64,000 nucleotides of DNA from an uncultured Gammaproteobacteria bacterium (GCA_963714975.1 CAVQQD010000003.1:128001-192000); one strand, 5' to 3'; shown: positions 45,639 to 54,699, counted from the stretch's first letter. A program made the numbers and translations. Notes: a model not told the origin generated them from the sequence alone.

Positions 45639-46068
45639 ACGTATTACATTAGATACCAATATCCTCGTTTACGCTGCCAATGCTGATGCTGGTGAACGTC
45701 ATCATTTAGCGATAAAAGTTTTGGAGCGCGCTATCCAATGTGATTGCATGTTAACTCTTCAATCATTGAGCGAATTTTTTGCTGTTGTGACCCGCAAGGG
45801 TATGTTATCGAGCACTCTAGCAACCGATCACGTTAACGAATTAGCAGAAGTTTTCCCAGTTATTACAGCAAAACAGCGTAGTTTAAAATTAGCTATGGAC
45901 GTAGTAACCGAACAAAAAATCTCTTTTTGGGATGCTATGTTATGGGCTACTGCGCATGATGCCGGTATTACTCTCTTGCTCAGTGAAGATTTTCAGCATG
46001 GACAGCTCATCAAACGCGTTAGAATAATTAATCCGTTTATACCCAATGATTTTTGGTGTGTTGTGTAA
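45628..46068 (+). CDS. vapC: PIN-domain toxin VapC
   Basis: LDTNILVYA, SLSEF, SFWDAMLWATA, LLSEDFQHG. Confidence 0.93.
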   Translation: MSVERITLDTNILVYAANADAGERHHLAIKVLERAIQCDCMLTLQSLSEFFAVVTRKGMLSSTLATDHVNELAEVFPVITAKQRSLKLAMDVVTEQKISFWDAMLWATAHDAGITLLLSEDFQHGQLIKRVRIINPFIPNDFWCVV

Positions 46069-46085
46069 GGAAGTCTTGACATTTG

Positions 46086-46616
46086 TTATGAAATTTTTTC
46101 CATAATAAATCGTATTCGTTCATCCGGGGGCACGCAGGGAACTTCTATTAATTCATAGCCATAGTCCTTATAAATAATACAAACCTCGTCACCAAAAGCT
46201 TTGGCTGCTGCAAAAGACATAAGGCGCTCCTCATCCGTGGTGTAGATTTCTTGCCAAGCTGGGAAAACAAAAACATGAGGATTATAACGATATAAATTAG
46301 CTGCATTTTGTGCTGGCAGATAGTTTAGTCCAAATAATTTTGCATAAGCAATGTTGTCGGGCACTCCTCTGTCATAAATAACTGTGCCGTTCATATCCTG
46401 CATTTGCTTATATTGATACATGGCCCGCGATAGCATTAACTGAGTAAAAAGTTTTGGATTTCGTTCGGGCACGCCCTCATCAGCAATACTGCGTTGTTCA
46501 GCTAGAATTTGTCTCGCAGGTTCCTCTACTACTGTAATACCTCGTGCTTTTAACAATTTGAGTACTGTAGATTTTCCACTGCCCATTGCTCCTGTAATAA
46601 TGATATTGTTAGTCAT
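46086..46616 (-). CDS. AAA_28/NadR-like P-loop kinase
   Basis: IITGAMGSGKST, EPAR, YDRGVPD, YTTDEER. Confidence 0.85.
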   Translation of the reverse strand: MTNNIIITGAMGSGKSTVLKLLKARGITVVEEPARQILAEQRSIADEGVPERNPKLFTQLMLSRAMYQYKQMQDMNGTVIYDRGVPDNIAYAKLFGLNYLPAQNAANLYRYNPHVFVFPAWQEIYTTDEERLMSFAAAKAFGDEVCIIYKDYGYELIEVPCVPPDERIRFIMEKIS

Positions 46617-46765
46617 AATTATGCACCCCCCGTAGATTCAGTAAGAATTCTAGTGTCTGTTATTAAAGCCTCAAGTTCCCCCTGCCCCTTTTTTTGAAAA
46701 ACAGGGGGGGGGGGTTAAAGAGGTTGGCAACTACACGGCCAACGAACGGCGGCATTTTTTAATTC

Positions 46766-47257
46766 TCAAAAAAAATAACCTGCCGGTGGCTGCGAGAACA
46801 CTAATCTATTTAGCACTTTCTGACACAGTTCATATAAAACAGGCTTGTGGAGAAATCCCGTTAATCCTATTTCTCGCGCTTGAGTTTTTAGTTTTTCATC
46901 GCCATGCGCGGTGGCAATGAGAATTGGCGTCTGGCTATTAAAGCCAGGGCTGTGACGAAATTGGCGCGCAACTTCCATGCCATTTATATCCGGTAGACCA
47001 AGATCACAGACGATTAACTGATAGGGATTATGCAGCTTCTCCAAAGCAACTAGCCCACAATTGGCTATATCCACCTGACAACCAAGCTGTTTAAAGGAGC
47101 CACTGATTGCGCGGGTTGCCATCGGTTCGTCTTCAACGAGTAAAATATTGATAGTCATACCAAAGTTTTTTATTTTGGTAGTGGAATCAACCAGGGGAGG
47201 ACGCTGACTTGGTTGACTAAAGCATTTAAAAGCGGGTTTGGTGTTATTATCATTCAT
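46766..47257 (-). CDS. Stand-alone response regulator receiver protein
   Basis: ILLVEDE, CDLGLPDINGME, PILIATAH, FLHKP. Confidence 0.9.
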   Translation of the reverse strand: MNDNNTKPAFKCFSQPSQRPPLVDSTTKIKNFGMTINILLVEDEPMATRAISGSFKQLGCQVDIANCGLVALEKLHNPYQLIVCDLGLPDINGMEVARQFRHSPGFNSQTPILIATAHGDEKLKTQAREIGLTGFLHKPVLYELCQKVLNRLVFSQPPAGYFF

Positions 47258-47346
47258 GAGTATGCTCCTGGATTTATAGAAGAAACGAACAACGAATCAA
47301 GGAAGCGGCAGCAGAGGGTTTTATAGGTGAGGGCAAAGACCTCTTT

Positions 47347-47416
47347 CGTCATCCCTGCAGGATGCGAAACTTTCACATCCCTATGCCCTGGATCCCGGCT
47401 CCATGCCGGGACGACG
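47347..47416. repeat. Family A repeat, internally deleted copy
   Basis: CGTCATCCCTGCAGGATGC...TGGATCCCGGCTCCATGCCGGGACGACG. Confidence 0.85.
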
Positions 47417-47668
47417 GGAGCGCCTAAGCCCTACCTATTTCCTCTGCTACCAGCTTACCTCCTCATGCCCTGAATGCCAGTCACTAAAAAACCCACGGCA
47501 AATCCCTACCTGATGCCAGCAACACCGCTGAGGCATTCGAGGAAAATCATTTAGTAGGGATTCGTTGCTCCAGGCGCGAAACATCCGCCCAACGCAATGC
47601 AGGTGAAAAAAAGTGACAAGCGCACAGAAAAGAGTTTTACGCGAAAGCGTAATCGAGTAAGCTTCTAG

Positions 47669-47765
47669 AGTCACTGCGGACCTCCTTATGCAAGGTTCGT
47701 TGCTGGAAGTGCCTCAAGAATGTTTCAGCATTCTTTTGGCGCGGCCGTGGGCACTGCCCACGGTT
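47669..47765 (+). ncRNA. Candidate cis-antisense RNA covering the RBS and GTG start of the minus-strand ORF 47447-47674
   Basis: Candidate promoter TTTACG-N16-TAAGCT (47636-47663); contains anti-RBS ACCTCCTT and two hairpins. Confidence 0.35.
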
Positions 47766-47829
47766 ATCGCTATTATTCACCGGCTTTTTATCAAAAGCAA
47801 ACTTTTTATTAAGGATGGCTTATATTTCG

Positions 47830-48441
47830 ATGACTATCATTATTGAAACTGAACGACTTTATTTACGTACCTGGTCATTGGGTGATGCAGAGCCCTATTG
47901 GGCAATCAACCAAGATCCAAAAGTGATTGAATTTTTAGGTGGTCCGTTAACGATGGAGCAGGTCAATCAAACTATCACTGCTGTGAACCTCCAGCAAGAA
48001 AAGCTGGGATTTAGCTTATGGGCTGCAGAATTGAAATCAACAGCAGAATTAATCGGATATATTGGATTGAATAGTACCGATTTTTTAGAGCCTTACGGGG
48101 CTCCGTTTACCCCAGCCGTTGAGGTGGGTTGGCGCTTAGGTTCACAGTATTGGGGAAATGGTTATGCGACAGAGGGCGCCAGAGCTGCATTGGGCTTTGG
48201 GTTTAATACGATTGGATTGGCTGAAATTGTATCGTTTACCGTGCCAATGAATTATCGCTCCATTCGCGTCATGGAAAAAATTGGTTTACAACGAGATTGG
48301 AATGGCGATTTTCGTCATCCTAAGTTGGCTTTAGAACATCCTTTGTCGCAGCATATTTTATATCGACTGAAGAAAGTTGATTGTCTGGATAAATCTTTAA
48401 GAGCCTGTTCAAATAAATCGGGTATCCGCGGAGTTGAGTAG
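47830..48441 (+). CDS. GNAT (RimJ/RimL-like) N-acetyltransferase
   Basis: IETERLYLR, EVGWRL...YWGNGYATEGA, N.RSIRVMEKIG. Confidence 0.92.
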   Translation: MTIIIETERLYLRTWSLGDAEPYWAINQDPKVIEFLGGPLTMEQVNQTITAVNLQQEKLGFSLWAAELKSTAELIGYIGLNSTDFLEPYGAPFTPAVEVGWRLGSQYWGNGYATEGARAALGFGFNTIGLAEIVSFTVPMNYRSIRVMEKIGLQRDWNGDFRHPKLALEHPLSQHILYRLKKVDCLDKSLRACSNKSGIRGVE

Positions 48442-48480
48442 TCACATTTGCTGGCCGAATGTGTGCATCGGATAGCTTCC

Positions 48481-49428
48481 TTAATCAGTAAATACATCAT
48501 CTAAAGCTCTAGCATCAAGTACACGCTCCCCCCACAATAGGAGAGTGTCAGCATCTGCTTGCTGAACGCGATTCAAATAATTAGAAGGTACCTGATGAAA
48601 GCGACGCTGCAGTTGCCGAATTAATAAGATAGATTCCCCTTGTTGAATCCCAATGCGTTGGGCAGTATTTATATAATTCATATGTTTTTCCTCTTCGATA
48701 AGTGTTACGGCCTGATTGTATATTGGTTCCAATTCTTTGGGAAGGGTAATCAGCCAATCAATCAGATTATATAATTGAATAATATCTGTTTTATTATAGC
48801 CTTTCTCATATAGTTGACTGGTAAGGTCGATCTTAGCCTTTAAGCGCGCTTCACTATCTCTCTGTGTTTCTAATACAATTAATTGTGCCAGCATTATCAT
48901 TGCGAAATGATTGTTGATAGATTCAAGCTCTTGTCGACGGTTTCGATAGTCCCATAATTTTATTACCAGATAACGAATTTCAAGATAGGTATCAAAACAT
49001 TGCTCGCGATGATAATCGATTCGCCAATTGTGATCATCATCAATCAAGATTGCAATGCTGAGGATAGGCAATTGATATAAATCATAAGTACGGCAGCGAT
49101 ACACCATCATCCGTTTTGGTAATTTTCTTCTTTTAGGGCTTCTCTCGACTTCAATGTGGCACACAATCAACGTTGGGTCGCCATTTTTCATCCACACTTT
49201 AATTAATTTATCAGCATTGCGATTACCAATTTTTGCGCCACGCGAGATAGTGGTGAAATCTTTATCCCGCGATTCATAGTCTTTAGTCCAATCAATTTGT
49301 TCTGCGATATGAGGAAAACAAAATTCCATAAAATCACGAAAATAAAGGCCCAAGCCTTGTTTCCAGGGGCTGTCATAATCGGGGCGAGTAATTTGTTTTT
49401 TAGTAGGTGCTATTGTCTCGATATTCAT
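48481..49428 (-). CDS. Rpn/YhgA-like PD-(D/E)XK nuclease with a DUF4351-like C-terminal domain
   Basis: DYDSPWK, ADKLIKVW, HIEVE, RMMVY; C-terminal LIRQLQRRF...LLLWGERVLDARALDDVF. Confidence 0.8.
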   Translation of the reverse strand: MNIETIAPTKKQITRPDYDSPWKQGLGLYFRDFMEFCFPHIAEQIDWTKDYESRDKDFTTISRGAKIGNRNADKLIKVWMKNGDPTLIVCHIEVERSPKRRKLPKRMMVYRCRTYDLYQLPILSIAILIDDDHNWRIDYHREQCFDTYLEIRYLVIKLWDYRNRRQELESINNHFAMIMLAQLIVLETQRDSEARLKAKIDLTSQLYEKGYNKTDIIQLYNLIDWLITLPKELEPIYNQAVTLIEEEKHMNYINTAQRIGIQQGESILLIRQLQRRFHQVPSNYLNRVQQADADTLLLWGERVLDARALDDVFTD

Positions 49429-49572
49429 CTGCTCATCTTAGAATAGAATCAAGCTTCCACAATACCGTAGTGGTGCTACTCTGTGCATAGCGACTGAAGA
49501 GTGGCTTATATTATTTTGAACTTCGCAGTATGCTTTCTGCACTAGACAAACATAATTTCCCCCTTTGAAAAA

Positions 49573-49877
49573 GCTATCCGATGCACATATTTCCCCATGC
49601 TTTTGTGGGGTGGCCACTAGACTTTTTGGTTAAACCTAGATTCGGCAGTAGAAACCGTAGCGAGAGGGATTAAGACGTTGAAGATCTTGATTATTTTTAA
49701 ATTTTTTTCTTGAAGGCGTACTCACCCGTACGGTGAAAGAAAAAAATATAAAAATAAGCGGGAGATTCAATGTATTAAGTCCTCGCAGTAGGTTTCTACT
49801 GCCGAATCTAGGTTAAATCTGTGGTATCCGCTGAATAGTCCTATTTTCTTGCTGGCCGAATGTGTGCATCGGATAGC
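49573..49877. mobile_element. Nested element: family D ends enclosing family E sequence, itself interrupted by a family F MITE
   Basis: GCTATCCGATGCACA at 49573 and TGTGCATCGGATAGC ending at 49877. Confidence 0.8.
49635..49812. mobile_element. Family F MITE, 178 bp, 22-bp perfect TIR, 5-bp TTAAA target duplication
   Basis: TTAAA-CCTAGATTCGGCAGTAGAAACC...GGTTTCTACTGCCGAATCTAGG-TTAAA. Confidence 0.92.
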
Positions 49878-50017
49878 TCCTTGCGGAAGAGAGATCAATA
49901 ACGCTTAGGTGTGCATTTTTCTTTTGATTATTTTGCAGGTAAGAGTATACTCTGGTTTTACCAGAACCCAAAAAGTAGTTCAAGTCAATAACAATAAATT
50001 AAAACAGGGGGAAACTT

Positions 50018-50794
50018 ATGGAGGATAAAAAAAGCACTTTGCCGCAGCAAAGCACGACGAGTTTGTTAGAAAAGGCATTGGCAAATAGAAACAATCCAGA
50101 TAATGCAATTATCAAAGAATTATTCAATAGAAAATTTGAAACTGAAGAACAAGCACAACAAATAATCAACCTAGGTAAAGAACTTGCCGGCGAGGGCAAT
50201 GCCGAGGCCCAATTTCAATTGGGGCGCTGCATTGAAACCAACAAAGTAGTTTTTGCGGATGACCCCGCGGATGACTCCAATGAAATGATGAGATTGTATA
50301 AATTAGCTGCTGATCAAGGTTTAGCAGACGCCCAATACAGTTGGGGCCTCAATCAATGCTGCTGGGGTAGTCAAGAAAACCGAGAAGAAGGGTTGAGGAT
50401 GTGTCTGCTAGCTGCCCTACAAGGTCATATAGAAGCATGGCAGGCACTATCTGATTTAGGTCGGTCTCGCAAAGGTCTTGCCGAGGTAGCTTATAAGTTA
50501 GCAGAAAAAATTGTTTTTGAAAAACGACTTACCAAGTGTGAACAAGACAAGCAATTACTAGGAGAACAATTAAAGATTTTACAGGAAAATTTTGATCGCT
50601 ATCTTCCAAAAGAAAGTAAAAAAATCGCAGCTGTGGAAGAAGATATAAACCAGATGTGGTTCACAACAAAGGATACTTTTTTTAATAGTCAACAACCTAC
50701 AGACCAAAAGCTCGTTATTCAGTCTACGGAAGAGAGCGTTCAAAAAAAGGAATCGATGGTCTCAAGCCTTTCGAAGCTCAACTTAACCGAATAA
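50018..50794 (+). CDS. Sel1-repeat protein with coiled-coil tail, candidate effector
   Basis: GNAEAQFQLG, YKLAADQGLADAQYSWG, AALQGHIEA. Confidence 0.8.
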   Translation: MEDKKSTLPQQSTTSLLEKALANRNNPDNAIIKELFNRKFETEEQAQQIINLGKELAGEGNAEAQFQLGRCIETNKVVFADDPADDSNEMMRLYKLAADQGLADAQYSWGLNQCCWGSQENREEGLRMCLLAALQGHIEAWQALSDLGRSRKGLAEVAYKLAEKIVFEKRLTKCEQDKQLLGEQLKILQENFDRYLPKESKKIAAVEEDINQMWFTTKDTFFNSQQPTDQKLVIQSTEESVQKKESMVSSLSKLNLTE

Positions 50795-50900
50795 ATCGGT
50801 CACCAATTCTCGCTGAAACCCTATTCCTCCGACGGGTCCTGCCGCTGCGGCACCCCACCACAATCCCCCTACCCCTTTGAAAAAGGGGGTAGGGGGATTT
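50795..50900. repeat. Family D/H composite repeat
   Basis: CAATTCTCGCTGAAACCCT...CGGGTCCTGCCGCTGCGGCACCCCACCA..ATCCCCCTA matches 34801-34940. Confidence 0.85.
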
Positions 50901-50929
50901 AAAAAGAATACTAACATTATTTTCAGAAG

Positions 50930-51192
50930 TTACCTTCTTCCTTTTGTTAAGGATAGTTTAAATAGTTTTTTCGCTCGAGCACTTTCTTGCGTGTGATTGA
51001 CCATTGGGTTGGGGTAATCTTTAATTGCAACGCCTTGATGGATTTGTGTAGGATTTAATTGTGCCAATTCTGGCAACCAGCGTTTGATATAAACACAGTC
51101 TGGGTCAAATTTAGCTTGTTGTAGCCAAGGATTAAAGGCACGAAAGTAGGGTTGTGGATCGCAGCCGGTTGAGGCGCACCATTGCCAATTGC
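50930..51192 (-). pseudogene. phrB: DNA photolyase C-terminal fragment
   Basis: NWQWCASTGCDPQPYFRAFNPWLQQAKFDPDCVYIKRWLPEL; the N-terminal ~380 aa are absent. Confidence 0.88.
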
Positions 51193-51393
51193 ATAGCTGG
51201 GTTGCCTTAAAAAATAAAGGTCGATGAAAAAGAGCCTTGGCATTATTTGCCTCTAGGGTTGATCTTGCAACCCACAGAGTTGGCAAAACAAAACAATGGG
51301 GCTGTTGCTGGCTTGAAATAATTTGTTTTCTTTACTAAAATCTTACCTCAGTCTATGAATATTCAATTAATGACCATCAAGAGAAAGTAAAAA

Positions 51394-52407
51394 ATGACTC
51401 AAACATTTGATATTGCTGTGTTAGGCGCCACTGGTATGGTGGGGGAAACGATGCTGGATATTTTAGCTCAACGGCAATTTCCCGTCGGTAAGGTGTATGC
51501 TTTGGCTAGCAAGCGTTCAGCTGGAGAGGCGGTCACTTTTAAAAAACGCAGCATTGCGGTGGAAGATGCGGCTTCTTTTGATTTTGCTAAAGTGCAAATT
51601 GGCTTATTTTCTCCAGGCGCGAGTGTTTCCGCTAAATATGCACCGATTGCTGCTGAAGCCGGTTGCGTGGTTATCGATAATACTTCACAGTTTCGTTATG
51701 ACTCTGATGTTCCCCTGGTGGTTCCCGAAGTGAATCCAGAGGCAATTGCCGACTATCGCCAACGCAATATTATTGCCAATCCCAATTGTTCAACCATTCA
51801 ATTAATGGTGGCATTAAAACCTATTTATGATGCCGTGGGTATTGAGCGCATTAATGTGGCGACTTATCAGTCGGTTTCTGGCAGTGGTAAAAAGGGCATT
51901 AAAGAACTTGAGCAAGAAACGCAGCAGTTATTTAGTGCGCAACCGATTGAGCCGCAAGTCTACCCGGTACAAATTGCCTTTAATGTTATTCCGCAGATTG
52001 ATGTTTTTTTAGATAACGGTTATACCAAGGAAGAAATGAAAATTGTTTGGGAGACCCAAAAAATTTTGGGGGACACTAGTATTTTGGTGAATCCCACCGC
52101 AGTCCGGGTCCCAGTGTTTTTTGGTCACTCCGAAGCTGTACACATCGAGACTCGCGACAAAATTTCCGCCGAGGATGCACGGATGCTGTTAAGACAAGCT
52201 CCTGGGGTGGTGGTGTTTGATGACCCTGAATATCCAACTCCGGTGGGGCAAGGCACCCAAGAAGATGCGGTCTATGTCGGTCGCATTCGGGAAGATCTAT
52301 CGCATCCTCGGGGTTTAAATTTATGGGTTGTGGCAGATAATGTCCGCAAAGGAGCGGCCCTGAATGCAGTTCAGATTGCTGAGATTTTGGTGGAGAGGTA
52401 TTTTTGA
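51394..52407 (+). CDS. asd: Aspartate-semialdehyde dehydrogenase
   Basis: VLGATGMVG, IIANPNCSTIQ, TYQSVSGSG, DNVRKGAALNAVQI. Confidence 0.97.
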   Translation: MTQTFDIAVLGATGMVGETMLDILAQRQFPVGKVYALASKRSAGEAVTFKKRSIAVEDAASFDFAKVQIGLFSPGASVSAKYAPIAAEAGCVVIDNTSQFRYDSDVPLVVPEVNPEAIADYRQRNIIANPNCSTIQLMVALKPIYDAVGIERINVATYQSVSGSGKKGIKELEQETQQLFSAQPIEPQVYPVQIAFNVIPQIDVFLDNGYTKEEMKIVWETQKILGDTSILVNPTAVRVPVFFGHSEAVHIETRDKISAEDARMLLRQAPGVVVFDDPEYPTPVGQGTQEDAVYVGRIREDLSHPRGLNLWVVADNVRKGAALNAVQIAEILVERYF

Positions 52408-52458
52408 GCAGCCTCCATAATGTTTCGTTAATCTTCAAGTGGTAAACTATCTCCTATT

Positions 52459-52875
52459 ATGGGTGATCTCTATAAACAAATTCCGCGTACACATGATCCG
52501 GCTGAATTTAAGGCGGGTAACTATCGTCTGCAAGTGTACTTAAAAGAAGGTGAGCGCGACTATGGGCCCGTATCTGAGCCAAGACTGCCAGAAGAACCGC
52601 CAACTCCAGGAGGACAACCCGCTTCTAGTTATACAGGGCATCCGAGCTTTGTGAATAGCGTTCAATTTAATAGTAATTATCGACCTACCAGTCCAATTCC
52701 GGGACAAAGTGATGACTCTGCTGCGCTGTTAAATGCACAGCAATTAGAGTTGGCTGAGAAATATCCCCAATATCAGTTACGACTGACCGCTCAGCAACAA
52801 AACCAGCTAAACCAACGAAAGGGATTTAGTCATAGTAGTGTCCCAAAAATGCGCGTAGCTCCACCAGGGGGTTAA
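52459..52875 (+). CDS. Hypothetical Pro/Gln-rich protein upstream of the ankH-like gene
   Basis: 138-aa ORF ending 1 nt before the next start. Confidence 0.6.
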   Translation: MGDLYKQIPRTHDPAEFKAGNYRLQVYLKEGERDYGPVSEPRLPEEPPTPGGQPASSYTGHPSFVNSVQFNSNYRPTSPIPGQSDDSAALLNAQQLELAEKYPQYQLRLTAQQQNQLNQRKGFSHSSVPKMRVAPPGG

Positions 52876-52876
52876 T

Positions 52877-54250
52877 ATGATCACCGATGAAATTCTTGCT
52901 GGCCGTAAGGAGCAAGTTCAGCAGCTCATTGCAGCTGGGGCTGATGTGAATGAAATTGATTTTTACGGCTATCCTCCTTTAACCGAGGCGGCCATTGTCG
53001 ATAATATTGAGATCGCAGCGCTGTTACTTCAGCATGGCGCTGATATTAATCAAAAAGACCTTACTGGGGGCACTGCCCTCCATTGGGCTGCAGAGAATAA
53101 CAATATTCCGCTGGCAAAATTACTCTTGGAACATGGGGCGAATCCTAATGCTTATACCGATTATTCCCAACCCGTATTGGTGCAGCCGCTGTTACGTCGC
53201 CAACAAAATTTTAAGGAGTTGCTATACCGTTTTGGCGCTGATTTAAAGTTCGCGCAAGATTATATTAATGCCAAATTGATTGGTCATCGCTTTGAATTAG
53301 TGGGTCGAGTGGATGTCGTCGATAATCGGGGAAAATTTATTGAAATCGATCTCGAAGGTTTTATTTTAGAATTTACCGTGGCGATCATCCAAGATTCTTT
53401 AATGCATTTTAAAAATAATTATTCCGCTCGCAATTTACGCTCCCATTTTGATGAAGTCCAGAAGGTGATTGAGGCCTTTACTGTGGCAACCGAGCTAGTT
53501 AAATATCAACAATATCGAACAGATTTATCCCAACATCGCCAGCGCATTGAAAAATTGACGGGAAATGAATTGCTGCTGCTGCCGGTGGGTTATGAAGGCC
53601 ATGCAATCACCTTGGTTAAATATGGCAATTTATTGGCTAAATGTGACCGCGGTGCGAACAGCTTGCACAACCCGAGTGTGGGTATTTATAAAATTCAAAA
53701 TCTGGGACAATTTAATAGCAGCTTTGCCCAATTATTGCTATACAAAAAACAACATCATGGCTCCATGACCCGGGGTATTTTTGACGCCCTAAATTTAGAA
53801 TTAGTCACGGACCTACCTCTGCCTTCGCAATTATCGGGTAATTGTTCTTGGGCTAATGTGGAAGCGACTATCCCGACGATATTGCTTATGTTGTGGTTAA
53901 AGAATAATATGCACCGCAGTGCTGAGGATATTCGCTTTTACAAAGAAATGGTGTTGTTGATTTATCGGCAATGGTTAGAGTGGGATAAAGATTGGGCGCT
54001 GCACCATTGTGTGGAAAGTTTTTACGAGGCTAGTCCGGCCCGTAAGGCTGCAAAGGCGGCCTTATTGGCAGCGGTGTTATTTCAAACCTGCCGTTATACT
54101 GTGCCCGAAGATTTGACTCGCGCTAATAAAATTTTAGCGGTATTAGCAACACCAGAGTATGAATATGTGTTGCAAAGTTATATTAAAGCTTATAAAAATA
54201 CTGAAGTGGGTCGGAATTTGCTGGAGTTGATTGATTTGTATAGTCAGTAA
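52877..54250 (+). CDS. ankH: AnkH/LegA3-like Dot/Icm effector (ankyrin repeats plus cysteine-protease-like domain)
   Basis: Ankyrin repeats (GYPPL, GGTALHWAA); AKLIGHRFEL, EGFILEFTVA, GHA, DRG and SQLSGNCSWANV match recalled Legionella AnkH segments; adjacent to asd. Confidence 0.85.
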   Translation: MITDEILAGRKEQVQQLIAAGADVNEIDFYGYPPLTEAAIVDNIEIAALLLQHGADINQKDLTGGTALHWAAENNNIPLAKLLLEHGANPNAYTDYSQPVLVQPLLRRQQNFKELLYRFGADLKFAQDYINAKLIGHRFELVGRVDVVDNRGKFIEIDLEGFILEFTVAIIQDSLMHFKNNYSARNLRSHFDEVQKVIEAFTVATELVKYQQYRTDLSQHRQRIEKLTGNELLLLPVGYEGHAITLVKYGNLLAKCDRGANSLHNPSVGIYKIQNLGQFNSSFAQLLLYKKQHHGSMTRGIFDALNLELVTDLPLPSQLSGNCSWANVEATIPTILLMLWLKNNMHRSAEDIRFYKEMVLLIYRQWLEWDKDWALHHCVESFYEASPARKAAKAALLAAVLFQTCRYTVPEDLTRANKILAVLATPEYEYVLQSYIKAYKNTEVGRNLLELIDLYSQ

Positions 54251-54265
54251 TTTAAGGGGATTGCC

Positions 54266-54538
54266 ATGCCAAAACTAGGAAAATATTATTTAGTCAGTGG
54301 GCGAGTGCAAGGTGTTTTCTATCGCCGTTTTGTTCAAGAGCAAGCTAGGAAATTGGGGGTGACTGGTGTCGCACGTAATCGAAGAGATAGGCGGGTCGAA
54401 GTATTTGCTTTTGGCACTGAGCAGCAGCTTCAGGACTTGCGAGAGGCGTTAAAACAAGGGTCGCCGGAATCAGAAGTCACAGGCATTTATTTACATGATA
54501 CTCCGGTGGACGAATTGACTGATTTTTCGGTTGAATAA
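54266..54538 (+). CDS. acyP: Acylphosphatase
   Basis: VSGRVQGVFYR, G..RN..D.RVE. Confidence 0.92.
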   Translation: MPKLGKYYLVSGRVQGVFYRRFVQEQARKLGVTGVARNRRDRRVEVFAFGTEQQLQDLREALKQGSPESEVTGIYLHDTPVDELTDFSVE

Positions 54539-54544
54539 GAGCCT

Positions 54545-54670
54545 GTCGTTCCTGCTTGGAAGTAGGGATCCAAAAAGCGTCGTCCTGGCATGGATGCCAG
54601 GATCCAGTTTGCAGGATGCAAAGTTTCACATCCTTGTGGGCTGGATCCCGGCATCCATGCCGGGACGACG
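54545..54670. repeat. Family A palindromic repeat: full copy (54578-54670) preceded by a degenerate half copy
   Basis: CGTCGTCCTGGCATGGATGCCAGGATCCAG...CTGGATCCCGGCATCCATGCCGGGACGACG. Confidence 0.9.
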
Positions 54671-54699
54671 GAGTGAGGAGGACGACGGCGGGAGAGCTT

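Noticed and set aside
35000-46068. Integron or prophage interpretation of the island
   Set aside because: No integrase, attC-like sites or phage genes are visible.
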